Below are positions 19,450 through 29,625 of a stretch of DNA of 64,000 nucleotides, one piece after another; the stretch's first letter is position 1, and each line of letters opens with the position of its first letter. The stretch is from an uncultured bacterium. Lineage in GTDB: Bacteria > Krumholzibacteriota > Krumholzibacteriia > WVZY01. The DNA is taken from positions 30,043-94,042 of the forward strand of contig CAZZKJ010000004.1 of the NCBI GenBank assembly GCA_964654695.1, read 5' to 3'. A program made the translations under genes and the position numbers. The notes under the pieces were generated by a model. It was not told the DNA's origin and made no database searches. It saw only the letters and a program-made list of their open reading frames with translations.

Positions 19450-20619
19450 ATGCTGCGTATAGAAGAAAAAACAGAATCTACAGGGCTGCTCTCGGGCAAC
19501 CAGGCCGCCGCCTATGGGGCCGCCCTCGCCGGGGTGGACGTAATCGCAGCTTATCCCATTACACCTGCTACGCCGGTTGTAGAAACGATAGCCGAACTCA
19601 TGGCGGAAGGCCTATTTAAGACCGAATTCATAAAAGTTGAGTCGGAACATTCCGCCATGGCTTCCTGTATCGGCGCATCCATGTCCGGAGCCCGCACCTT
19701 TACCAGCACGAGTTCGCAGGGAATAGCTCTTATGCACGAGATGCTGCATTGGGCCGCCGGCGCCAGATGCCCTATCGTCCTTGCGGATGTTAACCGAGCG
19801 CTGGCAGCGCCGTGGAGCATTCTAACCGATCAGTCGGATTCGCTTTCGCAGCGCGATACCGGATGGATTCAATATTATTGCATGAGCGTCCAGGAAGTAC
19901 TGGATACTTTGCTCCAGGCATTTCGAGTGGCCGAAAAAGTCATGCTTCCTGCGATGGTATGCCTCGATGGCTTTTATCTATCTCATACTGTGGAAGAAGT
20001 TTTTATTCCATCACGGCAAAGCGTGAATTCTTTTCTTCCCCCGTTCGAACCCGTAAATGTACTTCGCATAGAGGAACCATTGAGCTTCGGGGGGCTTGCT
20101 ATGCCGCAGCAATTCCAGGCTTTGAGAACAGCCATGCAGAAAAGCATGGACGATGCCCTGGACGCCGCCCGATCGGCAGATGCCGGCTGCGCCGAATGCT
20201 TTGGGCGTTCATACGGCATGGTTTCGCCTTACAGGTGCGATGACGCATCAACAATAATAATCTCATCCGGGACGGTTTGCAGTACGCTCGAGATCGTAGT
20301 CGATGAGCTTCGCGCCAGCGGGGAAAAAGCCGGCTCTGTTGGAATACGGCTTTTCAGACCGTTTCCCCTTGAGGAATTCCTGGCCGCGGTATCAGGCGCA
20401 TCGAAGCTGGTTATACTGGATCGCAACTTTTCCAACGGGGCGGGGGGAATTTTTGCCCAGGAGATCAAGGCCCATCTTTACAATAGTCCAAACAAACCGC
20501 CCGTGTTTTCTTTCGTTGGAGGGCTGGGGGGCGGGGATTTCACTCCTGCCCTGCTTTTGAGAATGTACGAGCGGGCCAGGGAACGCGAAAAACCCCGGAC
20601 CGGATTCGAATGGATTTAG
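19450..20619 (+). CDS. porA: 2-oxoacid (pyruvate/2-ketoisovalerate/2-oxoglutarate):ferredoxin oxidoreductase alpha subunit
   Basis: AAYGAALAGVDVIAAYPITPATP N-terminal signature; 389 aa; 20 nt after the gamma gene. Confidence 0.8.
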   Translation: MLRIEEKTESTGLLSGNQAAAYGAALAGVDVIAAYPITPATPVVETIAELMAEGLFKTEFIKVESEHSAMASCIGASMSGARTFTSTSSQGIALMHEMLHWAAGARCPIVLADVNRALAAPWSILTDQSDSLSQRDTGWIQYYCMSVQEVLDTLLQAFRVAEKVMLPAMVCLDGFYLSHTVEEVFIPSRQSVNSFLPPFEPVNVLRIEEPLSFGGLAMPQQFQALRTAMQKSMDDALDAARSADAGCAECFGRSYGMVSPYRCDDASTIIISSGTVCSTLEIVVDELRASGEKAGSVGIRLFRPFPLEEFLAAVSGASKLVILDRNFSNGAGGIFAQEIKAHLYNSPNKPPVFSFVGGLGGGDFTPALLLRMYERAREREKPRTGFEWI

Positions 20620-20631
20620 AGTATCTTTTCA

Positions 20632-22926
20632 TCAACCGAGAATCCTTTTTATCACGGACTTTACGGCTCCTTCGTATCTCTTCACAATCATTACCGGTTT
20701 GTCCGAATGCCTGGCGACCTTTTCCGGTATTTCTCCGAAAAGAACGCTCGAAAAAACTCCTTCCTTCGAAGCGCCCAGCACTAAAAGATCATAATCCGAT
20801 GCTGCATTCGCCAGAGCGGACGCGATACTGTCGCCCTCGATAATCTTCTTTTCCACGGTTCCTTCGAACCCGCTGCGCCTGACGGTCTTATTTATCCATT
20901 CATATGCAATTTCGCTTTCTCTCTGAGTGTGAACCCTGGGCAATACGTAACAACAGGTTAGCGTCGAGCCGAGGGTTTTTTGAAAAATCCCGACATATTC
21001 GGCGGCGAGATTGGCATGCGGGCCTCCGGCGGTTGGAATTAGAATTTTACCTAAAGAACATTCGCCATCGAGTTTAATGGTTATAAGATCGCACGGAGCA
21101 TGTCTTACTACCTTGTCGGTTACTTCTCCCATAATTCTGTCGCGTTTCGTCGTGTAACCCTTCCAACCCATAAGTACCAGCGACGCCCTCTCCTCGATCG
21201 CCGTATTCAAAATGCCGTCATAAACGCGGTGGGCTATTCGAAGGGCGGTGCGGGTCTCCACGTTATTACTCTCGCCGAATTCCACGGCTTCTCTCAGCAG
21301 GGGCATCTTATGATGCTGAAAACGCAGTCCTTCGCGTATGGGGAGGTTCTGCGGAACGTTCACCACTCCGAGTACTATAATTTCGCCGCCGCGCGCTTTA
21401 GCGATTGGGGCGGCAAGCTGCATGAGCGGTATCACGTGATCGGGGTTGTGAAGCGGTATAACGATACGGTAGCGGTGTTCTTCGGAAATCCTTGATTTTC
21501 CGACTTCCAGCACCTGGGGAGTTTCGGCAAGCGTTGCTTTTTCAAAGAAAAGAAAGTAAATAACCAATCCTGCGACAATCCATGTTGCGGTGATGTACCA
21601 TGACCGCGGATCAAAATTAAACTGATAAACGGCAAGAAACAAATTAAGACCAATAGCGAGAATCGGGATGGCCGGGTAAAGCGGCATCCTGAAGCCGCCC
21701 CTGATTTCCGGAAATTTTCTCCTGAGGGCAATAACCGAAAGATTCACCAGCGCGAACGTAAGCAAAAACATCAAACTTGCCGCCGACCCGATGACATGAA
21801 TAGGAAAGAACAGGGCCATTACTATAACCAGCACTCCGGTTACGGCTATGGCGATATGAGGGGTTCTCCTTATCGAGTGGATCCTGCTTACCGATTCGGG
21901 CAGCATTTTATCCCGCCCCATGGAGAACGCCACTCGCGAAGACGCGAGAATGGTTGCATTGAGAGCGGAAGTCGTTGACAGCAATCCGCCAAAAATTATC
22001 AATGCGATGCCGAAAGCCGGCATGAACTGCTCGGCGGCTTTTACGATAGCCCTTTCCTGGTAGCGGCCCAGGAATTCCCATGAGGTTCCCGAATCGGGCG
22101 TGATCGCCCCGATGCTGACAAAGAGAATGAGCAGATAAATGCAGACGGCCACGCTGAGCGATATGAATGTCGCGCGCGGTATGTTCTTCTTTGGATTCTT
22201 GATTTCCTCGGCTACGGTCGCGATGAGGTCATAGCCTTCGAACGCTATGAACGTCAATCCCATGGCCACTATGACGCCGCCTGCACCGCGCGGAAAAAAT
22301 GGTTTGAAATGGGAAATCGACGCAACCGGATCGCCCATTAAAACTTTAAAGCCGAAGAAAATAAATATCCCAAGGATAATGATTTTAGCTATTGTGATTA
22401 CATTCTCGACTTTGCCGGTAAGAGCCGTTCCTCTCATATTTATAATGATAAATCCCGCGCTTATTATCACCGTTACCAGGACCAGGGGGCTTCGTTCTCC
22501 CATGACACCGAATGCGGCGTCAGATAAGAACGGAAGATAGCTGTGAACGAACTCCCAGAAATAACTTCCGAATCCCATGGCATAGAGACTGCACGCGACT
22601 ATATAAGAAAACCACAGCATCCATCCCGACGCAAAGCCCACAGGACCCGGAAAAGCTTTTTTGATGAACGCATACCCGCCCCCGGCCTTGGGGTGGGCCG
22701 ACGCCAGCTCCGCATAGCTGAGCGCTGTGAGCAGAGTGACGGTGCCGTTCAAGGCAAAAGCAAGAATGGAGGCCGGTCCGGCTTCGCCTGCGGCGATCCC
22801 GGTAAGAACAAAGATGCCGGCGCCTATCATCGCTCCGATCCCTATCATGCTGGCATCGAAAAGACCGAATGTGCACGCGAACGTTACTTTAACATCCGAT
22901 CCGCCGGGTTTTCGATTTTCTGCCAT
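20632..22926 (-). CDS. APC-superfamily amino acid permease fused to two C-terminal universal stress protein (UspA) domains
   Basis: 12 TM N-terminal half with GIGAMIGAGIFVLTG; C-terminal ~300 aa with two Usp-like alpha/beta units. Confidence 0.75.
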   Translation of the reverse strand: MAENRKPGGSDVKVTFACTFGLFDASMIGIGAMIGAGIFVLTGIAAGEAGPASILAFALNGTVTLLTALSYAELASAHPKAGGGYAFIKKAFPGPVGFASGWMLWFSYIVACSLYAMGFGSYFWEFVHSYLPFLSDAAFGVMGERSPLVLVTVIISAGFIIINMRGTALTGKVENVITIAKIIILGIFIFFGFKVLMGDPVASISHFKPFFPRGAGGVIVAMGLTFIAFEGYDLIATVAEEIKNPKKNIPRATFISLSVAVCIYLLILFVSIGAITPDSGTSWEFLGRYQERAIVKAAEQFMPAFGIALIIFGGLLSTTSALNATILASSRVAFSMGRDKMLPESVSRIHSIRRTPHIAIAVTGVLVIVMALFFPIHVIGSAASLMFLLTFALVNLSVIALRRKFPEIRGGFRMPLYPAIPILAIGLNLFLAVYQFNFDPRSWYITATWIVAGLVIYFLFFEKATLAETPQVLEVGKSRISEEHRYRIVIPLHNPDHVIPLMQLAAPIAKARGGEIIVLGVVNVPQNLPIREGLRFQHHKMPLLREAVEFGESNNVETRTALRIAHRVYDGILNTAIEERASLVLMGWKGYTTKRDRIMGEVTDKVVRHAPCDLITIKLDGECSLGKILIPTAGGPHANLAAEYVGIFQKTLGSTLTCCYVLPRVHTQRESEIAYEWINKTVRRSGFEGTVEKKIIEGDSIASALANAASDYDLLVLGASKEGVFSSVLFGEIPEKVARHSDKPVMIVKRYEGAVKSVIKRILG

Positions 22927-23220
22927 AATCTATCCGACCTGTTAGGGAATCTTTTCCATGCAAGGATACGTATTCTATTCAAATTATGCCTGAAAAGGCA
23001 AGAGGAAGAAAAACCCGGAATCAATTATGAGAATTCAACTTAGACCGCAACTTGGACTGCAGCTCTTTTTCGGCCTGAAATTCACATGCAAACCGCTTGG
23101 AACCGGCCGGGATTTTTTTATTGAATTTCCCTTGTCAACCGTATCGAATTCAACGATTTTATAAAAAAGGTTCCGGGAAACGTATTAATAATCGATGGAT
23201 TTATAAAAGGAGCATACACA

Positions 23221-24048
23221 ATGAATGACATCAGAAACGAAGTTAAGAAAAAATACGGAGATATCGCCAAACAGGATTCTTCGTCGTCCTGCTCGCCCGC
23301 AAGCGGCTGCTGCGGAGCGGGCCCCGCGGAAGTAATCAGCAAAAGAATTGGATACACTGATAAAGAATTGAAGGCAGTCCCCGATGGCGCCAATCTCGGT
23401 CTCGGGTGCGGCAATCCTTTGGCTCTGGCATCCATCAAGGAGGGCGATACGATCGTTGATCTGGGATCGGGGGCCGGTTTCGACTGTTTTCTTGCAGCAA
23501 AGAAAACCGGACCCGAAGGCAGGGTGATCGGGCTGGACATGACGCCCGAAATGATCGAAAAAGCCCGAAGTAACGCAAAAAAGAGCGGTTACGATAATGT
23601 GGAATTCAAGCTCGGCGAAATAGAGAAGATGCCCCTGCCCGATGGAACGGCTGATTTAATCATATCCAACTGCGTGATTAATCTGTCCCCGGATAAAGCG
23701 GCCGTGTTCGCGGAGACGTTCCGGGTGCTAAAACCCGGCGGACACATGATGATATCGGATATAGTCCTGCTCAAACCGCTTCCGGATTTTATAAGGGAAA
23801 ACGTTTACGCTTATGTCGGCTGTGTCGCCGGAGCGCTTCTCAAGGATGAATACACCAGGTTCATCGAAAAAGCGGGGTTCGAGGACATCGAGATTCTCGA
23901 TGAAAGCGTCTATGACCTCAAATGGCTGCTTGAAGATCCGGTGATGGCGTCGATTGCTAAAGCGAGCAGCCTGTCGGTCGATCAGCTCGAAAGCGTTCAG
24001 AAGTCGGTCGTTAGTTTGAAGGTGAGCGCGGTAAAACCGGCCAATTAG
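23221..24048 (+). CDS. arsM: Arsenite S-adenosylmethionine methyltransferase (ArsM/AS3MT family)
   Basis: Near-collinear with bacterial ArsM: CCGAG Cys pair, LGCGNP, VDLGSGAGFD SAM motif, ISNCVINL, YVGCVAGA third As-binding Cys. Confidence 0.8.
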   Translation: MNDIRNEVKKKYGDIAKQDSSSSCSPASGCCGAGPAEVISKRIGYTDKELKAVPDGANLGLGCGNPLALASIKEGDTIVDLGSGAGFDCFLAAKKTGPEGRVIGLDMTPEMIEKARSNAKKSGYDNVEFKLGEIEKMPLPDGTADLIISNCVINLSPDKAAVFAETFRVLKPGGHMMISDIVLLKPLPDFIRENVYAYVGCVAGALLKDEYTRFIEKAGFEDIEILDESVYDLKWLLEDPVMASIAKASSLSVDQLESVQKSVVSLKVSAVKPAN

Positions 24049-24402
24049 ATCGCCCGTGCCTCCTCAGCCGGTTCCATGAAAGATTATTCCGGCCGGAACA
24101 ATCCTCCCGGAATCATCCCGTCTGTTCGACGTTTCCTTGTGTATGTCTGGTTTTAGCCGGCGGTCAACCAGCGTGCGAACGAGCCGACAGATAACATCGT
24201 ATATCCGGGACCCGGGCTCTTTCAGGATGATCGAGGCTAAAGACGACTGTCTTCGCAACACTGAAAGGATACTGACGGGAAACAGGCCATTGCGGACACT
24301 ATTTTACTAGATATAGTGAGAATAATCAAGTTTTGCAATTGTGATGGCTTCGTGACCGGCGGGCGGAATTTTTAATATCTAGCGGCTAAGGAAGGTCTAT
24401 CG

Positions 24403-26463
24403 TCAGATGTATCCCAGTGATTTCAAACGTTCGAGGGTTTCCCTGTCCAGACCGGCTTTAATGTCTTTTATATTATAAAAAATTCTTGCGGCTTTGGCGT
24501 ATTCATCGAAGGTTTTCAATAAACTGCGCGCTTGATCTGCCGCATCCGGCATCACCGGGAGCAATGAAGTGCTCTCGCCGGAATCGGCGTCGAGATCATA
24601 AAGCTCTTCCCTTCCGGTCACGAGCGAACGAATAAACTTTTTTCCATCGAAGATGACCGACTGCCTGTCCTCATTATAAAGCAGCCCCGTGCTGTAAAGG
24701 GGAGTCTCGCGGAGACCGTCCGGCGGCCGCACGTTTGCCAGGCAGAAGGTCAAAGAAGGCGCGGTCAGATGCCCATCATCATAATCCGTTTCGCACAAGT
24801 CCAGAATAGTCGGCATTATACTCGCCGTTGAAACCTGGGTTTTTCTGCGGCCGGCATACTCGGAACCGGGAAGTTTGAACAGCAGGGGCACACGCAGGAC
24901 TTCATTATACAATGACCTCCCATGGGCAAAATTATCATGCTCCCAGAATTCCTCACCGTGATCGCTGGTTAAAACGACGAGTGTTTCATCATAAATGCCG
25001 AGCTGTTTCAGCGCAGCGAATACTTTGTTGATTTCCCTGTCGACATATCTAACTTCGCCGAAATACAGCTTTTTGATCCAGTCCCTCTGTTCTTGTGTTG
25101 ACACGACATCGAGGGGAACGGCCAGGGTCTTGATGCCGAAGCCGCTGCTCATACCCGGAGGAGCTTTTCCTTCAGGAAAAAACTCGCCTTGAGGAATGTA
25201 CGGCTGGTGCGGATCGAAGTAATGCAGCCACAGAAAAAAATCCTCGTCTTTATGCGCCTGCAGCCATGAAACCGTCATGTCGGACAAATCGCTCGTGGTT
25301 GTATTGAACATGAGCTTGTTTTTGAATACATTCATCAAAATGGACGTACCGAACGAACCGTCATCCACGAGCTTTGGGAAAAAATCGAATTCCATGAACC
25401 CCTGCGACACGTTATGGGGTGAAGTGAGGACCGTGTTCTCGCCGATGGCTGCCGTCAAATAACCGGAATCCCGCATATATTCCGCCAGTGTGGGCACTGA
25501 ATCAGGAAGCACTGATTTGATCCTGACCGCCTTGTGCACCGCGGGAGACAGCCCCGTCATTATCGAAGAGACCGCGGGCAGAGTCCATGATGCAGCGGAA
25601 AACACGTTATCAAAAGCAACCGCATCCCGGGCGAAAGAATCGATATGCGGCGTGGGCGCGCCGACGGGATTATAGAAAGTAAGTGCATCCTGTCTGAGCG
25701 TGTCTATGATTATCAAGACCACGTGCTTGATCTTGTGTTCAGGGTTGCCGGAGGGAGCAACAGCTTCAAAAGAATTTGCATTGGGAAAAAGCAGGGCCGC
25801 GGGGCTCATAACCAGAGCGATACAAAGAGCATAATTTAGTATCCTTCCCGCTCGCTGCAATTTATAAAAGAGAATCAGTGTCAGTGCCGCCGCCGATAAC
25901 AGCCCAAAGTTCAACATTAGGGATCTTGCCGTAAACATGGAGCCCAGCCGGTAGATATGAAGCCATGCAGCAGCTGTTGCTTGGGCGAGGAGCAGGGGCA
26001 GGGCGGCAGTCAACGCGCGGTACCCTCTATTCCTCCGCGACCGTGCGGCCGCAATCCAAGCAAAATAGCCGCCTCCCGATGCAAGAACAACGACTCCAAA
26101 AAGAAGCACCGTTTTTGGGAAACCGTGTGGAGAAAAAGATATATTCGCAGAGCCGCTCAGTATCAATGCCGCCGTAATCAAACAACCCAATGCAGCGGAC
26201 AATGCGGAGCGATCCAAATAGAAGATCCTCTGCAGAGCGATTCCGATTATGAACCACAATCCCCAAAATACCATGAACGCGGTCGCAATCGTGGCGGCAA
26301 GAGGAAGAAGAATATAAACCGGGGATTCAAACCTGACGGGGGCGGCCAGCATGCTCAAAATTACATCGAGAAATCCCACTATTACTGACAGCACAATACT
26401 GTCTGCCAAAATAGATGCATTTGAAGATCGGTCTTGTGAAGGTGATTCTTGCAAAGTAATCAA
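24403..26463 (-). CDS. Membrane-anchored sulfatase-family (alkaline-phosphatase superfamily) hydrolase/transferase, LTA-synthase / phosphoglycerol-transferase-like
   Basis: N-terminal ~230 aa polytopic domain; IIDTLRQD metal-binding block; no C/S-x-P-x-R formylglycine motif, which argues for a transferase rather than a true sulfatase. Confidence 0.55.
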   Translation of the reverse strand: MITLQESPSQDRSSNASILADSIVLSVIVGFLDVILSMLAAPVRFESPVYILLPLAATIATAFMVFWGLWFIIGIALQRIFYLDRSALSAALGCLITAALILSGSANISFSPHGFPKTVLLFGVVVLASGGGYFAWIAAARSRRNRGYRALTAALPLLLAQATAAAWLHIYRLGSMFTARSLMLNFGLLSAAALTLILFYKLQRAGRILNYALCIALVMSPAALLFPNANSFEAVAPSGNPEHKIKHVVLIIIDTLRQDALTFYNPVGAPTPHIDSFARDAVAFDNVFSAASWTLPAVSSIMTGLSPAVHKAVRIKSVLPDSVPTLAEYMRDSGYLTAAIGENTVLTSPHNVSQGFMEFDFFPKLVDDGSFGTSILMNVFKNKLMFNTTTSDLSDMTVSWLQAHKDEDFFLWLHYFDPHQPYIPQGEFFPEGKAPPGMSSGFGIKTLAVPLDVVSTQEQRDWIKKLYFGEVRYVDREINKVFAALKQLGIYDETLVVLTSDHGEEFWEHDNFAHGRSLYNEVLRVPLLFKLPGSEYAGRRKTQVSTASIMPTILDLCETDYDDGHLTAPSLTFCLANVRPPDGLRETPLYSTGLLYNEDRQSVIFDGKKFIRSLVTGREELYDLDADSGESTSLLPVMPDAADQARSLLKTFDEYAKAARIFYNIKDIKAGLDRETLERLKSLGYI

Positions 26464-26674
26464 TTGCTTTTTTCGAGATATTCCGCGTTAGAATTCTGCG
26501 GCGCCTTCGAAGAAAACGCTCCAGGTTGCTTTCCGGATACCGCAGCGGGTTATATTCTATCAAACAGAACTTCGGCGGTAAATCCAATTATGAATTGAAA
26601 TCACTCTCTTTGCATGTTAAATTAACCTGGCGTTTATTCTTTATTTCATGCGGTCAATTCGGGAATAATCTCAA

Positions 26675-27592
26675 ATGAATTCATCTTCGGAAATATCCGG
26701 TAAAATAACGGCAAATAATGAACTTCTTTCCTGTGGGCATCTCGGATGCCCGGGATGCGGAGCCGCACTTAGTTTGCGCCTAGTCCTCAAGATCCTGGGA
26801 AACAGGACCGTGATGGCACTGCCCGCTTGCTGTACGAGCGCCATAGACGGGTTCCCGCCTTCTTCTTCAACAATGATTCCCCTTTTTCACACGGCTTTCG
26901 AAACGGCCGCATCCACCGCAGCAGGAATAAAAGCGGGGCTGCGGGCGAAGGGAAAGAATGATATCACGGTGGTGGCCTGGGCCGGCGACGGAGGAACCTT
27001 CGATATCGGCTTTCAGGCGCTGAGCGCATGCGCGGAAAGAAACGAAGACATTCTGTACATCTGCTACGACAATGAAGCATATATGAATACCGGTATCCAG
27101 CGCTCGAGTTCAACACCCATACACGCATGGACCAACACGACGCCCTTCCCGCTTCTGGAGGCAAGCCCAAAAAAGAATATCATGGAAATAATGTCCGGCC
27201 ACAGGATTCCATACATGGCGTCGGCCTCGCCGGCATTTCCAGGGGATTTCTGCGCAAAAATAGAACGGGCGAGAGACACAAAAGGGTTCCGCTTCATACA
27301 TATTCTTTCTTTCTGTCCTCCCGGATGGAAGGCCTCTGAAAAGGAAGGCATCGCTTTGATACGTGCAGCAGTCGAAAGTGGGCTTTTTCCGCTTTATGAA
27401 ATTGAATCCGGGAAAAAATTCAGGATATCCCACCGTCCCTCAGGTGTATCAATACATAAATACGTCAAGCTCCAGGGCCGTTTCAAATGGATGAAGGATT
27501 CCGATATCGATGAGTGGCAAAAACAGGTGGAGGATGAATGGCGTTATCTGGAAGCCCGGGAAAAACTGTCGATGGAGTTGGGGGGTTCCTGA
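26675..27592 (+). CDS. porB: 2-oxoacid:ferredoxin oxidoreductase beta subunit (TPP-binding)
   Basis: CGHLGCPGCG N-terminal motif, GDGG TPP motif (WAGDGGTFDIG). Confidence 0.8.
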   Translation: MNSSSEISGKITANNELLSCGHLGCPGCGAALSLRLVLKILGNRTVMALPACCTSAIDGFPPSSSTMIPLFHTAFETAASTAAGIKAGLRAKGKNDITVVAWAGDGGTFDIGFQALSACAERNEDILYICYDNEAYMNTGIQRSSSTPIHAWTNTTPFPLLEASPKKNIMEIMSGHRIPYMASASPAFPGDFCAKIERARDTKGFRFIHILSFCPPGWKASEKEGIALIRAAVESGLFPLYEIESGKKFRISHRPSGVSIHKYVKLQGRFKWMKDSDIDEWQKQVEDEWRYLEAREKLSMELGGS

Positions 27593-27667
27593 TTCAATCT
27601 CCATTTTGCAAGCTTATCAAATGGGTCCCGGTGATATCGAAGCGAACGGTAAAACGATAGGAATGCA

Positions 27668-29542
27668 ATGATCAAGATGCGCTTCATAGCGGTTTCTCAA
27701 ATTCTGCTGATTTCAATTATCGTCTCGGTCTGGATTCCTGTGACTGTTCCCGCGATATCTATGGAGTCTTTCTCCGAAGATCCCGTTACGATCAAAACAT
27801 ATGCTTCGCTCTCTTCCCTTCCGCAGGGAGGGAGCATGGAACTCGCGGTGGAACTCGTAATAGACAGTGGGTGGCACATTAATGCGAATAAGGTGAATGA
27901 TCCTTACATGATACCCACGTCCATAATCATCGAATCCGTTCCGGGACTAACTGTTGAAAAAGTGGTCTATCCTCGCGGCATTGAAAAAACCCTGTCCTTT
28001 TCGGAATCCCCTTTGCCTCTTTACAGCCGCAGGGCCCTGATCGGTATTCTCATAAAGGCCGCTCCCAGCGTTTCCATCGGCGAAGCCGTATTTAACGCAG
28101 CCGTCACCTATCAGGCGTGCGACGACAAACGCTGCCTTGCACCGATCGAGAAGAAAATCGATATACGCGTTACAGTATCATCACCCAAGGAGGCGGTCGA
28201 TGCCCGCTTTCCGGAGATTTTTGCCTCGTTGAACCTGCGGGAAGATGCTGGGAATTCCGGTGCCGGTTCATCCGGGGAGAATATATCTCAAAACGGGCAG
28301 GCTCGAAGGCTTCAAAACCTGATGAAAACCCGGGGACTGCCTTTTGTCCTTTTGATCATATTCATGGGCGGGCTGGCCCTCGATCTCACCCCATGCGTGT
28401 ATCCCGTCATTCCCATCACGGTCAGTTATTTCGGAGGCCAAAGCGAAGGAAGATCGGCAGGAACATTCTTACTGGCCTCTCTGTACGTGCTGGGTATGGC
28501 CGCGATGTATTCGTCTCTGGGATTAGCCGCCGCTCTGACGGGCAGCATGTTCGGAACGGCTTTACAGAACATGTACGTTCTTTTCGGCGTCGCCCTGATC
28601 ATGGTCCTGCTCGCTTTGTCGATGTTCGGACTCTATGAGCTCAGGATACCCGCGAGCATAAGTGCCATAGCCGGAACTTCCAAACAAGGCCCCATCGGCG
28701 CTTTTCTGATGGGCCTGACCGTAGGCATCGTGGCCGCTCCCTGCATCGGCCCTTTCGTGCTGGGCCTGCTGACGTTCGTCGGCGAAACCGGCAACCCCGC
28801 TCTCGGATTTTTGCTCTTTTTCACACTGGCTTTGGGGCTCGGCCTGCCATTCATGGTACTTGCGGTTTTGTCGGGCAGCATCTCCCGCCTGCCGAGATCG
28901 GGAGAATGGATGGAGTGGGTCCGAAAAATGTTCGGAGTAGTTTTGCTGGCCATGGCGGTATATTTCCTGGAATCAGTTCTGGGTTCCGTAACATTCTATC
29001 TGCTCCTCGGCCTTCTTTTGGCAACCAGTGGAATCATCCTGGGATTCGTTTTAAAATCATCCACGCAGGGATTTTTCTTCAATCTTATCCGAAAACTAAC
29101 GGGCCTGGCGGTTCTCCTCTTTGGGCTTTACCTGTTATTCGCTCCCGGACATATTTTCAACCGCAATGAAACCGGAGGCATAGCCTGGCAGGAATTCAAC
29201 CGCGATCTATTGACAAAGGCAGCAGCGGGTAAAAAACCTGTGATGATCGATTTCTTCGCAGATTGGTGCCTGCCGTGCAAGGAGTTGGACCACAGGACGT
29301 TCTCGCGTTCCAAGGTTATAGATGCTTCCAGGAAAATCTTAGCCTTGAAAGCCGATCTTACCCGGTCGGCATCTCCGGAAGTAATCGCAATTAAAAAATT
29401 CTACAAGATAAAGGGTGTTCCAACCGTCGTTTTCATAGACGGGCAGGGGAAAGAAAGACAGGATCTTCGTGTATTCGGATTTGTAGGCGCAGATGATTTC
29501 ACCGGCCGTTTGGAACGGCTCAAAGGACCTGCATCGAAATGA
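27668..29542 (+). CDS. dsbD: Thiol:disulfide interchange protein DsbD (N-terminal DsbD-alpha-like domain, CcdA-type TM core, C-terminal thioredoxin domain)
   Basis: TM-core Cys pair (LTPCVYP ... AAPCIGP), C-terminal DFFADWCLPCK CxxC. Confidence 0.8.
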   Translation: MIKMRFIAVSQILLISIIVSVWIPVTVPAISMESFSEDPVTIKTYASLSSLPQGGSMELAVELVIDSGWHINANKVNDPYMIPTSIIIESVPGLTVEKVVYPRGIEKTLSFSESPLPLYSRRALIGILIKAAPSVSIGEAVFNAAVTYQACDDKRCLAPIEKKIDIRVTVSSPKEAVDARFPEIFASLNLREDAGNSGAGSSGENISQNGQARRLQNLMKTRGLPFVLLIIFMGGLALDLTPCVYPVIPITVSYFGGQSEGRSAGTFLLASLYVLGMAAMYSSLGLAAALTGSMFGTALQNMYVLFGVALIMVLLALSMFGLYELRIPASISAIAGTSKQGPIGAFLMGLTVGIVAAPCIGPFVLGLLTFVGETGNPALGFLLFFTLALGLGLPFMVLAVLSGSISRLPRSGEWMEWVRKMFGVVLLAMAVYFLESVLGSVTFYLLLGLLLATSGIILGFVLKSSTQGFFFNLIRKLTGLAVLLFGLYLLFAPGHIFNRNETGGIAWQEFNRDLLTKAAAGKKPVMIDFFADWCLPCKELDHRTFSRSKVIDASRKILALKADLTRSASPEVIAIKKFYKIKGVPTVVFIDGQGKERQDLRVFGFVGADDFTGRLERLKGPASK

Positions 29543-29625
29543 TCGTGAAAATCCCTATATAAAGACGGCGTTGCTCCGGAAAAAATCTTAATGACACGGT
29601 CTGAGAGGACTTTTATAATAAACTC

